This document shows, one piece after another, positions 25,601 through 35,712 of a DNA stretch of 64,000 nt. Under the pieces are notes generated by a model. That model did no database searches, was not told where the DNA came from, and worked only from the letters and a program-made list of their open reading frames with translations. A program made the position numbers and the translations under genes. How positions within the stretch are numbered: the stretch's first letter is position 1; each line of letters begins with the position of its first letter. The stretch is taken from positions 23,364 to 87,363 of the forward strand of contig DASXFX010000116.1 in the NCBI GenBank assembly GCA_036489375.1, in the 5' to 3' direction. Source of the stretch: Candidatus Binataceae bacterium. GTDB lineage: Bacteria; Desulfobacterota; Binatia; Binatales; Binataceae.

Positions 25601-25635
25601 TCAACAGTATCGTTGAGTATCAATCAGATCGTTGA
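25601..25635 (+). promoter_or_regulatory. Two tandem 16-bp imperfect palindromes upstream of the ArsR-family gene (candidate operators)
   Basis: TCAACagtatcGTTGA (25601-25616) and TCAATcagatcGTTGA (25620-25635). A TTGACA hexamer sits at 25590-25595. Confidence 0.4.
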
Positions 25636-25682
25636 CTGTCAGACGGCAGTACGACGGGCGGCGAGGCGAGTGCTGCTTTCTT

Positions 25683-26147
25683 ATGCGATGGGGGAATGCA
25701 CCGGTGAATATTGCGGAGGAGAGGGGAGCGCTGGAGGTAATTCCAGGCGAGGAAGACGCGGAGACGCTCGACCGCGTGTTCTCCGCATTGGCGGACCCGG
25801 TACGGCGAAATATCTTGAGGCGCCTGGACGGCGAAGACCTGCTGGTTTCCGAATTGGCCAAGCCCTTTCGGATATCGCTGCAAGCGGTGTCGCGGCATAT
25901 CCAGGTGCTGGTGCGAGCGGGCCTGGTGATGCAGGAGCGGACGGGCCGCATCAGCCGGTGCCGGCTCGACGCCGGGCCGATTTACCAGGCAGCGGTGTGG
26001 GTCAATCGATATAGCAAGTATTGGCGCGAACAGTTCAACTTCATGGCGGTGTGGCTGGACGAAATCGATCGCGAGCGTGCGGTCAGCGCGAAAAAGAGCA
26101 AGTCGTCAAAGCGATTGCGAGGGCGCAGTCACCAATCGAAAAACTGA
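25683..26147 (+). CDS. ArsR/SmtB-family transcriptional regulator
   Basis: 'LADPVRRNILRRLDGEDLLVSELAKPFRISLQAVSRHIQVLVRAGLV' is a winged HTH. The start is uncertain: ATG 25683, GTG 25704, or the track's TTG at 25632. Confidence 0.8.
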   Translation: MRWGNAPVNIAEERGALEVIPGEEDAETLDRVFSALADPVRRNILRRLDGEDLLVSELAKPFRISLQAVSRHIQVLVRAGLVMQERTGRISRCRLDAGPIYQAAVWVNRYSKYWREQFNFMAVWLDEIDRERAVSAKKSKSSKRLRGRSHQSKN

Positions 26148-26162
26148 CGGAGGGTAAGAGCG

Positions 26163-26732
26163 ATGCAGTACCATGAGACCGCGGAGAAACTGACGCAATA
26201 TCGCGAGGAGATCACGGAGCTGCGCAAGCGGATGCGCGAACTGCAGAAATCGGTGCAGCCCGAACGGGTGAAAGACTACGAGTTTGCGACGCTCGACGGC
26301 AGCGTGCGGCTCTCGCAACTCTTTGGCAAGCATGAGTACCTATTCGTAATACATAACATGGGAACGGGATGTGCCTATTGCACGTTGTGGGCGGACGGTT
26401 TCAACGGGGTGCTCAAACATCTGGAAAATCGCGCCGCATTTGTGATCTCGAGTCCGGATGAGCCGGCGAAGCAACAACAATTCAAAGAGTCGCGTGGTTG
26501 GCGCTTTCGCATGGTATCTCATCAGAATAGTCAGTTCGCGGCTGAGATGGGATATCGCAAGGACAATAGCTGGGTGCCGGGCGTTTCGGTTTTCAAGCGC
26601 GACGGCAATGAAATCGTTCGGGTTTCGGACACTCGTTTCGGCCCGTGCGACGATTTCTGTTCGATCTGGCATTTTATGGATATGCTTCCCGAGGGACCGA
26701 ACGGGTGGCAGCCGAAGATGCGTTACGAATAG
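26163..26732 (+). CDS. DUF899 thioredoxin-like protein
   Basis: 'YEFATLDGSVRLSQLFGKHEYLFVIHNMGTGCAYCTLWADGF...ESRGWRFRMVS' follows the DUF899 pattern. Confidence 0.7.
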   Translation: MQYHETAEKLTQYREEITELRKRMRELQKSVQPERVKDYEFATLDGSVRLSQLFGKHEYLFVIHNMGTGCAYCTLWADGFNGVLKHLENRAAFVISSPDEPAKQQQFKESRGWRFRMVSHQNSQFAAEMGYRKDNSWVPGVSVFKRDGNEIVRVSDTRFGPCDDFCSIWHFMDMLPEGPNGWQPKMRYE

Positions 26733-26854
26733 TCATTCGCGGGATGCGGCAAAGGCGTAAGTGAGTAGATGGAGAGAGGTCGAAGTGACTGCCTATTGAC
26801 GAGGCGCACGGTTGCAATGGAGCGTCGCTCGATAAGCGCAAAGCGAGGGGCCAG

Positions 26855-27298
26855 ATGGTAGCATCGGATACGATTCAGCGCGAGGTTACGATCGATGCCG
26901 ACGCCGCGACGGTCTTCGCGTTTTTCACCGATCCCGAACGGCTGATGCGATGGATCGGCGTGACGGCGGAACTGGAACCGCAGCCCGGCGGAATGATGCT
27001 GGTCGAGGTAATCCCGCGGGCTGTCGCGCGTGGGGAGTTCAAGGAAGTCGTTCCGGTTTCGCGGTTAGCGTACACGTGGGGTTGGGAGGGGCGCGAGAAG
27101 GTTCCGCCAGGCTCATCGCTGATCGAAGTCGATCTGACGCCGAAGAATGGCAGTACGATTGTGCGGTTCACGCATAGCGGTCTGCCGCCGGAGGAGGTTC
27201 CGGCCCATCGGGACGGTTGGAATCATTACCTGGACCGTCTCGTGATCGCGGCGGCGGGAGGCGATCCGGGTCCGGACCCGCGCCAAAAGCGCGCGTAA
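26855..27298 (+). CDS. SRPBCC / Aha1-domain protein
   Basis: 'IQREVTIDADAATVFAFFTDPERLMRWIG' and 'LAYTWGWEG' are typical of AHSA1-like SRPBCC proteins. This family is commonly found next to ArsR genes. Confidence 0.8.
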   Translation: MVASDTIQREVTIDADAATVFAFFTDPERLMRWIGVTAELEPQPGGMMLVEVIPRAVARGEFKEVVPVSRLAYTWGWEGREKVPPGSSLIEVDLTPKNGSTIVRFTHSGLPPEEVPAHRDGWNHYLDRLVIAAAGGDPGPDPRQKRA

Positions 27299-27396
27299 AG
27301 ATCCGCGCCGGCGACCCTTTTCAGAAAAGACTGGTGGGCCGGGACTACCGCGCGACCACGGACAACCGATAGCATGGCGGCGGGAGCGAACCCGCC

Positions 27397-28521
27397 ATGC
27401 CGAGTGGAAGCGACAGAGCGCCGGAGCCATCGCATGCGATTGCGTTGCCGCAAACGGCGGCGATCGAATGGCTATTGCGCAGCGCGATCGGAGCCGCTTC
27501 GGCGTCGGCAATGTTGGGCGGACTGTGCAATCGTCTAGCTAATGAAGATGCGCCGATTAGCGGCGCGGTGCTGACGGTGGTGAGCCTCGATCCGATGATC
27601 GCCCGGCGCCGGATACGGTGGCGTCGCAACGATGGGCGCGTTGCCGAAGAAATTCAATTCCACGGGGCGGAAGCAGTTGCTGATGGCGAGGCGGATTCAT
27701 CCAGCCTGAGGCTGAGTCTGCCCGGCACACAACATCAGATCGAATGGCTGGTGGGCGCGCCCGCAGAGCTGAACGCCAAGGCTCGTGAATACCTCGAAGC
27801 AATATCGATAGTGATGGCGGCACCGCTGCAAGCGGTAGTCGAGCGCGGAGTCAGTCGCAGCCTGTTGCAAGCATACCTGGGCAAGCGCAGTGCGGAGCGG
27901 GTGTTGAGCGGGACGACCCGTCGCGGGACTGGCGAGGTGATCGATGCGGTCGTGTGGATTTCGGACTTGCGCAATTTTACGCAACTCTCCGAGATCCTCG
28001 GCGCCGACCGTATGATTACGGCGCTCAACGATTATTGCGGGCGGCTGGTAGGATCGATTCAGCCGTTTGGCGGAGAGGTGCTCAAGTTTATTGGTGACGG
28101 CCTGCTCGCGATTTTTCCGGTTGCGCGGAAGGGTGAGGCGGCGGCTTGCAATGCGGCGCTGGCGGCGGTGCGCGCGGCGCGCGAGGGGATGGCGCGCCTG
28201 GACGCGGAGCGCATAAAGGCGAATCTGCCGCCAATGCCTTTTGGCATCGGGCTGCATCTGGGGCCAGTGGTGTATGGAAATATCGGCGCACCGGATCGGC
28301 TCGACTTCACCGCGATTGGGCCCGCGGTAAACGTCGCGAGCAGAATCGAGGGCTTGTGCCGGGAGCTCGGATGCCCGGTGCTGATCTCGGAGTCGGTAGC
28401 CACGCGATGCGCGTCGCCGCTTGCCGCGGCTGGTAGTCATTCGCTCCGTGGCAGCATCAGTCCAGTCGCGCTTTATACGCTCCCGGAGATTTCCTCGAAA
28501 CAGGATGCAGATAGGCACTGA
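27397..28521 (+). CDS. Class III adenylate/guanylate cyclase with an uncharacterised N-terminal domain
   Basis: 'VVWISDLRNFTQLSE', 'GGEVLKFIGDGLLAIFP', 'GIGLHLGPVVYGNIG', 'NVASRIEGLCRELG'. Confidence 0.8.
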   Translation: MPSGSDRAPEPSHAIALPQTAAIEWLLRSAIGAASASAMLGGLCNRLANEDAPISGAVLTVVSLDPMIARRRIRWRRNDGRVAEEIQFHGAEAVADGEADSSSLRLSLPGTQHQIEWLVGAPAELNAKAREYLEAISIVMAAPLQAVVERGVSRSLLQAYLGKRSAERVLSGTTRRGTGEVIDAVVWISDLRNFTQLSEILGADRMITALNDYCGRLVGSIQPFGGEVLKFIGDGLLAIFPVARKGEAAACNAALAAVRAAREGMARLDAERIKANLPPMPFGIGLHLGPVVYGNIGAPDRLDFTAIGPAVNVASRIEGLCRELGCPVLISESVATRCASPLAAAGSHSLRGSISPVALYTLPEISSKQDADRH

Positions 28522-28647
28522 GTATGCGTGCGTATCGTGAAGTATGGTCTGCGGATATAGGGAATGACCATATCCGTATGCGGTGGAAGATTGTAATGAC
28601 GAGCGTAAATGATAAAGAACGAAGAGCTTTCGCACGGGGGATAAATC

Positions 28648-29115
28648 ATGCTCGGTCGGGTAGCTCACATCGGAATCACGGTACGCGATATGGAGGCGGC
28701 GCTTAAGTTTTACGTCGAGGTCCTGGGTATGGAAAAGATCGGGGAAGAGACCTTTGCCGGTGAAGAAGCGAGCCGATTAACGCAAGTCCCAGGTACGGTC
28801 TTGCGTGCGGCATACTTACGCGGCGGCAAGGAGATCAAGGGTCCGCCGCTCGAATTGCTGCACTTTGTCGAGCCTGCGAGCGAAGGCACCGGGCAAGCGG
28901 TGGAGCTTCGCAACCCCGGGATTACCGAGATTGCGTTTTGGGTTGACGACATCGAGAAGACTTATCGAGAACTGCAGGGCAGGGGCGTCGAATTCTACTC
29001 CCCGCCGCAACTGTTTCAGTTCGCGGGAAATAAGGCGAAGGCAGTTTATTTCCGCGGGCCGGATCGCACTACGCTCGAGCTGGTTCAAAGCGTGCGAGAG
29101 CAACCAACTGAGTAA
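28648..29115 (+). CDS. VOC (glyoxalase/bleomycin-resistance/dioxygenase) family protein
   Basis: 'VAHIGITVRDMEAALKFYVEVLGME' and 'ITEIAFWVDDIEKTYRELQGRGVEF'. Confidence 0.8.
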   Translation: MLGRVAHIGITVRDMEAALKFYVEVLGMEKIGEETFAGEEASRLTQVPGTVLRAAYLRGGKEIKGPPLELLHFVEPASEGTGQAVELRNPGITEIAFWVDDIEKTYRELQGRGVEFYSPPQLFQFAGNKAKAVYFRGPDRTTLELVQSVREQPTE

Positions 29116-29184
29116 TGCCTTAACACGGCCGGCTGACCGCGAACGCGTCGGAATAGTATTAGCAATAGTCATTCGGAATGGAGC

Positions 29185-30591
29185 ATGCGCATGAACGCGG
29201 AAGCAATTTGCTACTTATCGATCCAGGAGCTCGCGACGCAACTTCGCGCAAGCAAGCTCTCGTCGGTTGAGGTCACCCGCTGCGTACTCGACCGGGTACA
29301 TCGAATGAATCCGCGACTGCATGCCTACCTCTCCGTATTGGAGGAGTCGGCGCTGCAGAGCGCAACGCAAGCTGACGCCGAGATTGCTGCGGGCCGTTGG
29401 CGCGGACCGCTGCATGGAGTGCCAGTGGCGGTGAAGGATCTTTGCTTCACGAAGGGAGTAGTGACGACATGCGCGAGCCGCCTGCTGCGCGGCTGGAAAC
29501 CGGATTCGAATGCGACGGTGGTCGAGCGCTTCGAGGCGGCAGGCGCGGTTCTCATCGGCAAGCTCAATCTCACTGAGTTTGCGGTCGCATGGTACCATCC
29601 CGAAATGCCGGTGCCGTTGAATCCCTGGGACGCGAACATCTGGCCGGGAGCTTCGTCGAGCGGATCTGGAATAGCCACTTCGGCGGGTCTTTGCTTCGCT
29701 TCAATAGGAACCGACACGGGAGGATCGATTAGATTTCCGTCGGCGGCGTGCGGCATCGTGGGACTGAAACCGACGTGGGGACGAGTGAGTCGTCACGGCG
29801 TATTCCCGCTGGGTGAATCGTTAGACCATATCGGACCGATGACCAGGAGCGTGGGCGACGCGGCTTTGGTTTTGGCGGTCATCGCCGGACGCGATGAGGC
29901 CGACGACACTTCACTCGCCGCGCCGGTCGAAGATTACGCGGCGGCGCTGGAACGCGGCGTCAAAGGGATCCGGCTCGGCGTGGACGAACGATACATCTCT
30001 GCGGCGGCGTCGTCAGGGGTGGCAGCGGCGGTACTCGATGCGGTTCGTGTAATCGAGCGGCTGGGCGGTACCGTAGTCAAGGTTACACTGCCAGATGTCG
30101 AACCGGGAATGGCCGCGTGGAATACCATCTGTGCGGCGGAGGCGGTTGCGGCCCATGAGCGCACCTATCCGGAGAAAGCGTCGGAATACGGCCCAGGCTT
30201 TCGATCGTTTCTCGAGCTGGGCGCGACGGTTCGCGGACAGGATTACGCGAAGGCGCACATAATAAGGGAAGGATTCGCGAATCGACTCCAGGAGCTATTT
30301 GATCGGGTCGATGTCATCGCGTGTCCGTCGATGGGGACGGCATCGCTGCCGGCAACGGGAATGCCTTCGGATGCGCGTGGGTTGACGGGAGCGAATTCGC
30401 TGCTGCACTTCACGGCGCCATTCAATCTGAGCGGCAATCCGACTTTGTCGCAGCCTTGCGCACAGAGTTCCTCAGGACCGCCAGCGAGCTTGCAGCTCAT
30501 TGGCCGTCATCTTGGTGAAGCAACGTTGATTCAAACGGGGGCAGCCTTTGAGCGTGCTACCGAATGGCACAACCAGCGACCGCCTCAGTAG
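29185..30591 (+). CDS. Amidase (amidase-signature family, GatA-like)
   Basis: 'GASSSGSGIA', 'GTDTGGSIRFPSAACGIVGLKPTWGRVSRHG'. Confidence 0.85.
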   Translation: MRMNAEAICYLSIQELATQLRASKLSSVEVTRCVLDRVHRMNPRLHAYLSVLEESALQSATQADAEIAAGRWRGPLHGVPVAVKDLCFTKGVVTTCASRLLRGWKPDSNATVVERFEAAGAVLIGKLNLTEFAVAWYHPEMPVPLNPWDANIWPGASSSGSGIATSAGLCFASIGTDTGGSIRFPSAACGIVGLKPTWGRVSRHGVFPLGESLDHIGPMTRSVGDAALVLAVIAGRDEADDTSLAAPVEDYAAALERGVKGIRLGVDERYISAAASSGVAAAVLDAVRVIERLGGTVVKVTLPDVEPGMAAWNTICAAEAVAAHERTYPEKASEYGPGFRSFLELGATVRGQDYAKAHIIREGFANRLQELFDRVDVIACPSMGTASLPATGMPSDARGLTGANSLLHFTAPFNLSGNPTLSQPCAQSSSGPPASLQLIGRHLGEATLIQTGAAFERATEWHNQRPPQ

Positions 30592-30708
30592 AGAGATGCC
30601 TCACTTATGCGGTGTCTAATAGTCAGTGCCGCGATGATCCGGGTACTGAGTATTCGTATGGAATGAACGCTGCGCGCATTTGAAGAAATCAGGAAGGAGA
30701 ACCGACGC

Positions 30709-31515
30709 GTGAACCCAGTGTCATTCAACGATTACGCGAATCGTTACGAATGCGTATCGATGGAGCGAGAAGACGGGATTCTCGTACTGACGATTCACGC
30801 CAGAGGTGCGATCGACAAGGCTTGCGTTTGGAGTGCGAAGCCGCATGAGGAATTGTCGTACGCGTTCAACGATATCGCTCGCGATCGCGAAAATCGGTGT
30901 GTGATTATCACGGGGGCCGGCGACGCATTCTGTGCCGAGATGCATCCGTCGATCGCCGGGCTGAAGCGTTTTAGCGAAGGCAATCTCACCCCTGAGATGT
31001 TTGAAAAAATGGACGAGGCGGGCCATGACGGGCGCCATCTGCTGATTAATCATTTGAACATTGAAGTACCGATGATCGCAGCGGTAAACGGGCCGGCCTT
31101 GATCCACGCGGAACTCGCAGTGCTTTGCGATATTGTTCTCGCCTCTGAGGAAGCGGAATTTCAGGATGCGCCACATCTGCTGAGCGGGCTGGTCCCGGGG
31201 GACGGAGTTCACGTGGTATGGCCGCTGATACTTGGTCCCAACCGCGGACGGTATTTCCTGCTGACCGGTCAGAAATTATCGGCGCGCGAGGCGCTGGAAT
31301 TAGGTGTCGTCAACGAGGTCATGCAGCGGGAGAAATTACTGCCGCGAGCTAAAGAGCTGGCGCGCGATATTTGTAAGCGTCCCATGCTGGCGCAGCGTTA
31401 CGCCCGAGTTGCGATGACGCAAATACTCAAGCAGCAGATGCTCGACGGACTGGGATATGGGATCGCACTCGAAAGCCTGTCGATGATGGCGGGGGTTGGC
31501 GTTCGCAAGAGCTAG
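30709..31515 (+). CDS. Enoyl-CoA hydratase/isomerase (crotonase) family protein, copy A
   Basis: 'VIITGAGDAFCAE', '[25 protein letters not shown]'. GTG start. Paralogous to 32696..33511. Confidence 0.8.
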   Translation: MNPVSFNDYANRYECVSMEREDGILVLTIHARGAIDKACVWSAKPHEELSYAFNDIARDRENRCVIITGAGDAFCAEMHPSIAGLKRFSEGNLTPEMFEKMDEAGHDGRHLLINHLNIEVPMIAAVNGPALIHAELAVLCDIVLASEEAEFQDAPHLLSGLVPGDGVHVVWPLILGPNRGRYFLLTGQKLSAREALELGVVNEVMQREKLLPRAKELARDICKRPMLAQRYARVAMTQILKQQMLDGLGYGIALESLSMMAGVGVRKS

Positions 31516-31546
31516 CCGGACGGTCTTCGCGGACGCACATTGCGCA

Positions 31547-31963
31547 CTATGGCGACTGCACGCAACACTTCTGAATTTCGGACTGAGCGTCGTCGATATC
31601 GATAGGATTGAGATGGGGATGACCGGTCATAAGACCCCATACGAATTCCTCTCTGATGTAGTACGCGTGGGGTTCGGCGTCGAACTCGACGGCATCGGCG
31701 GTTTCGGTCTGTACACTGCAGACGACGTGGCCAACCGGGACGATAAAGGCATGGTAACCTCCCGGGCCAATTCGCGCGGTGTCATCGCCGCAGGTCACCG
31801 CGGGACGGAGGAGTGAACTGCCATAGTGATACGGCCGGTAAACGTACACGACCGCATCGGTGGGTGGCGGTGAAGTCTTTTCAAAGGGTAGACCCTGCAC
31901 GGCGCAGCCGGGGACGGCTAGGGCTGCGCAGAATCCGAGTACTAACAAGCAGAATCGCTTCAT
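31547..31963 (-). CDS. Lipoprotein, DUF2846-like
   Basis: 'MKRFCLLVLGFCAALAVPGC' lipobox. 'VVYVYRPYHYG...ARIGPGGYHAFIVPVGHVV' resembles DUF2846. Confidence 0.55.
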   Translation of the reverse strand: MKRFCLLVLGFCAALAVPGCAVQGLPFEKTSPPPTDAVVYVYRPYHYGSSLLRPAVTCGDDTARIGPGGYHAFIVPVGHVVCSVQTETADAVEFDAEPHAYYIREEFVWGLMTGHPHLNPIDIDDAQSEIQKCCVQSP

Positions 31964-32511
31964 TTGGCGGATGGATCGTTGTTGGAAGACGGGGCGCGAG
32001 CGCCGACCGCTCCAACCAGTCGCGAAGCGTCGCTATATAGTTTTTGGTCGATCTTCTCACGCACTGCAGTTCTGGCGGCACGGTCCAATTCCAAGTGAGT
32101 CGGTTCTGAGTAAAGCGAATAGGACTTTGTGACATACGCTTTGGCAGTGTAGTCGCCAAGTATCCGGTCACCATCAATGATCGACAACGACGCGAACGCA
32201 GTTGCACCGTAGTCGCCAAGTGGCGCGCCTATATAAGTGACGGGATCGAACGCAGTGACGATAAGAGGGATATGGTACTCGTCATGCGAGAGTTCCTCGC
32301 GATAAGAAAAAGTGATCGGCGAATCTTTGGACAATGACATCGCGACCGCAGGTGGTAACTCATCCGGATTGCCGTCGATCAGCCGTCCAGTGAATGGCAA
32401 CGGACGCGCTGGCTGCTGTGCCATACGGGGAGGCAGGCTTGGCTGCTGAATGGCGCACGAGCAAGCGAACGTAATGGCGAGAAGTGCTGCGAATACAAAT
32501 CCACGTTTCAT
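31960..32511 (-). CDS. Hypothetical lipoprotein
   Basis: 'MKRGFVFAALLAITFACSC' signal and lipobox. I used the internal ATG at 32511. There is a 4-nt overlap with the downstream lipoprotein gene. Confidence 0.5.
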   Translation of the reverse strand: MKRGFVFAALLAITFACSCAIQQPSLPPRMAQQPARPLPFTGRLIDGNPDELPPAVAMSLSKDSPITFSYREELSHDEYHIPLIVTAFDPVTYIGAPLGDYGATAFASLSIIDGDRILGDYTAKAYVTKSYSLYSEPTHLELDRAARTAVREKIDQKLYSDASRLVGAVGARAPSSNNDPSAK

Positions 32512-32695
32512 GACCTCACCGCCGATCCGCGATGATCGGAGTTTATCAAAGAATTCCGAAGGTTTCGCCATAGGCCAAGAGGGCGAGCCGAACGATCGGT
32601 TTCGTCATAAACGCGGTTCGATAAGGCGCGGAAGTTGTTTTATCCCTCGTTTTATGGAACTTGTCGGGTGAAGTCGGCCAGGAGGTGTTGCGGCA

Positions 32696-33511
32696 ATGGC
32701 GATGATCAGGCTCGAGGATTATTCCAACAGATATAGTTGCATCAAGATGGAACGCCGCGAAGGCATTCTGCAGATGACGCTCAATACAGGCGGCAGCGAT
32801 CTGAAATGGGGAATCGCCGCACATGAGGAACTGTCTTACGCTTTCTACGACGTTGCACGCGATCGCGATAACCGCTGTGTAATTTTGACCGGAGCGGGCG
32901 AGAACTTTTGTGCGGAATTCGAAGGTGGTGGCGGTCCGGGCGGAATCAACATCACGGGACGCGGCGAGCAGCAGCCGGCTGGTTTGAAGTCATCGGCCTG
33001 GGATCACATATATTCGGATGCGAAATATCTGCTGATGAATCACCTGAATATCGAAGTACCGATGATTGCAGCGGTCAACGGACCCGCGTTGATCCATGCC
33101 GAATTGGCGGTACTTTGCGATATCGTGATTGCGGCCGAGCATGCCGAATTCCAGGACGCTCCACACTTTCCCAACGGCATTGTCCCCGGTGACGGCGTGC
33201 ACGTCGTATGGCCGCTGATACTCGGTCCCAACCGAGGGCGTTACTTTCTGCTCACAGGACAAAAACTTTCCGCCGATGAAGCATTAAAACTAGGAGTGGT
33301 AAATGAAGTTTTATCGTCGGCAAAATTGCTAGATCGAGCATGGGAACTGGCACGCCAAATTGTCGTGCGACCTTCGTTGTCGGTGCGCTATGCTCGAGTC
33401 GCGCTTACACAGCAACTCAAACAAATGATGTTGGACAATCTCGGATATGGTCTGGCACTTGAAGGCCTAAGTGCCGGACAATCGTGGCCGGGCGCTCGAG
33501 AGGAGAAATAG
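32696..33511 (+). CDS. Enoyl-CoA hydratase/isomerase (crotonase) family protein, copy B
   Basis: '[13 protein letters not shown]', and the identical run '[30 protein letters not shown]' shared with copy A. Confidence 0.8.
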   Translation: MAMIRLEDYSNRYSCIKMERREGILQMTLNTGGSDLKWGIAAHEELSYAFYDVARDRDNRCVILTGAGENFCAEFEGGGGPGGINITGRGEQQPAGLKSSAWDHIYSDAKYLLMNHLNIEVPMIAAVNGPALIHAELAVLCDIVIAAEHAEFQDAPHFPNGIVPGDGVHVVWPLILGPNRGRYFLLTGQKLSADEALKLGVVNEVLSSAKLLDRAWELARQIVVRPSLSVRYARVALTQQLKQMMLDNLGYGLALEGLSAGQSWPGAREEK

Positions 33512-33623
33512 GTGCGATCTGAGACGTTTTCGCGTGTCTAAATCGAGGCAAGGGCCCTTTCAATCGTGAGTGCATAATTCGAATATAAGGCGCTTGGAAC
33601 CGTACGTTACGGAGGAAATAAAA

Positions 33624-34850
33624 TTGGCTACGATCGCTCGCAAACCTCTGCTCGACGGCTACAAAGTTATCGATTTTACCCAGTACGTAGCGGGGCCTAC
33701 AGTTACCAAGTTGATGGCCGAACTGGGTGCCGAGATAATCAAGGTCGAACTCGCTCCGGAAGGCGATCTAAGCCGTAAATTTCCGTATATAAGGGATCAG
33801 CGCAGCGCCTACTTCGTACAGCAGAATCGCGGCAAGATGAGCTTGTGCGTTGACATCAAAACCGCCGCCGGAAAGGCGATCGTGGGCGATCTCATTCCTA
33901 AAGTCGATGTATTGGTGCAGAACTATGCGCCTGGTGTAATTGGGCGAATGGGCTTCGACTACGAAAGCGTCAGCAAGCTCAATCCAAAGATTATCATGTG
34001 CTCGGTCTCGACTTTCGGCCAGACGGGTCCGCTATCCCCGGAACCGGGCTACGATTTTATCGGGCAGTCCTATGCCGGTGTGACGTCTCTCAGCGGGGAA
34101 GACGGTGGTCCGTACTATCCGCCGGCGCTCGCGCTCGGCGACGTATCAACCGGTGTGCATGCGTATGCCGCGGTGGCGACCGCCTTGCTACATCGTGAGC
34201 GCACCGGTGAAGGGCAGCATCTGGACATCTCGCTACTCGACTCGTACTTCCATTATCACGACATGGCCGTATCAATGGTAAGTGCGAGTCACGGTGAAGC
34301 TCGGGTGCGGCGCGTGGGTAATCAGATAGGAGCACTATCTCCGGCAGGTATCTTTACGACAAAAACCGGGTCTCTTTGGATCTTTGCCTTTCAGGACAAC
34401 CATTGGGCGAAGCTGTGTGAAGTGATGGGACGGGAAGATCTCGTGCGCGCAAAGGACTGCATCGACAATACTTCGCGAGTGGCTAATCGGAAGGCAGTCA
34501 ACGAGGCCATCAATTCGTGGCTGGCGACATTGCCGGGCACGGATGCGGCAGTTACGATTTTGCGCGAGGCGCGAATTCCGCACGCACCGGTGCTGACAGT
34601 CGAAGAGGCGATGCAACATCCGCATCTTGTGGAGCGCGGGACCGTGCGGACGGTTCACGATCGCATCCTGGGTGATTTCCAGATTCCAGGACTGCCGTTG
34701 CGCTTCTCGGCCTTTCCTGAACCGCTCGAATTGCAGGCGCCTCTCTTGGGCGAGCATAACCGGAAGATTCTCTCGAATTATTTGGGTTTTTCGAATGATC
34801 GCATCGCTCAACTCGAAAAAGATGGAATCCTGCAGAGCGCGCAGCACTGA
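33624..34850 (+). CDS. Family III CoA-transferase (CaiB/BaiF type)
   Basis: 'LLDGYKVIDFTQYVAGPTVTKLMAELGAEIIKVE', 'LVQNYAPGVIGRMGF'. TTG start at 33624, preceded by GGAGGA. The track start at 33570 is an alternative. Confidence 0.85.
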   Translation: MATIARKPLLDGYKVIDFTQYVAGPTVTKLMAELGAEIIKVELAPEGDLSRKFPYIRDQRSAYFVQQNRGKMSLCVDIKTAAGKAIVGDLIPKVDVLVQNYAPGVIGRMGFDYESVSKLNPKIIMCSVSTFGQTGPLSPEPGYDFIGQSYAGVTSLSGEDGGPYYPPALALGDVSTGVHAYAAVATALLHRERTGEGQHLDISLLDSYFHYHDMAVSMVSASHGEARVRRVGNQIGALSPAGIFTTKTGSLWIFAFQDNHWAKLCEVMGREDLVRAKDCIDNTSRVANRKAVNEAINSWLATLPGTDAAVTILREARIPHAPVLTVEEAMQHPHLVERGTVRTVHDRILGDFQIPGLPLRFSAFPEPLELQAPLLGEHNRKILSNYLGFSNDRIAQLEKDGILQSAQH

Positions 34851-35022
34851 AAGGACTAATTCAGATTAGCGGCCCATCAAATCGCCAGCGACGCGCACCG
34901 TAACTTTTGATTGCCGGAAGAGAATCATTATTTGTAACGAGATCTGTCAGGTTAACGACAGCAATCAAGCGGCGGCCGCGAAATTCTTCACCGCGAGAGA
35001 TGGAATCGAGGCTTAATGAGAT

Positions 35023-35712
35023 ATGGGCGATAGCTTTAAAACTTCGACAAATTCAAGCAGTGAGTGGCGCCAGACGTGCGCGCGCTGGCTATCGATCGTC
35101 CTATTCGCAGCGGGCTTCTATCTATCAGGAAATGCGCGGGAATCGGTAGCTGCGAACGTCCCGCCACCCGGAGTGACCGAAGCGGACGCAGTGCTGGCTG
35201 GCGGTTGCTTCTGGGGTGTCGATGCGGTCTTCAAGCATGTGAAGGGCGTGATCAGCGTGACTTCGGGGTATTCGGGTGGCAGTGAAAAGACGGCTCAATA
35301 CGGAATGGTCAGCACCGGCACGACGGGGCACGCGGAGTCGGTCAAAATTGTTTATGATCCGTCAAGAATTACCTATCAGCAATTGCTGAAGGTGTTCTTT
35401 TTTGTCGCACACAATCCGACCGAATTAAACCGTCAGGGCCCCGACACGGGAACGCAGTATCGCTCGATAATTTTTTATACGGACGGCGAACAGAAGGAGA
35501 TTGCGGAAAGCTATATAGCGAAACTTGATAAAGGCAAGGCGTTTCCGGAACCAATCGTCACCGAGGTTGTCCCGCTGAAACAGTTCTATCCCGCGGAGGA
35601 TTATCATCAAAATTTTCTCGAACAGAACCCGGATAATCCGTACATTGTTTACAACGATTTGCCAAAACTCAAACAGCTCCGCGAGCAATTTCCATCGCTC
35701 TACAATCCGTAA
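35023..35712 (+). CDS. msrA: Peptide-methionine (S)-S-oxide reductase MsrA with an N-terminal membrane/signal segment
   Basis: 'GGCFWGVDAVFKHVKGVISVTSGYSGG', 'GHAESVKIVYDP', 'YHQNFLEQNP'. Confidence 0.9.
   Translation: MGDSFKTSTNSSSEWRQTCARWLSIVLFAAGFYLSGNARESVAANVPPPGVTEADAVLAGGCFWGVDAVFKHVKGVISVTSGYSGGSEKTAQYGMVSTGTTGHAESVKIVYDPSRITYQQLLKVFFFVAHNPTELNRQGPDTGTQYRSIIFYTDGEQKEIAESYIAKLDKGKAFPEPIVTEVVPLKQFYPAEDYHQNFLEQNPDNPYIVYNDLPKLKQLREQFPSLYNP

Noticed and set aside
27697-28668. 323-aa minus-strand ORF over the adenylate cyclase gene
   Set aside because: It is antisense to a frame with unambiguous class III cyclase motifs. The product is Arg-rich with no domain.
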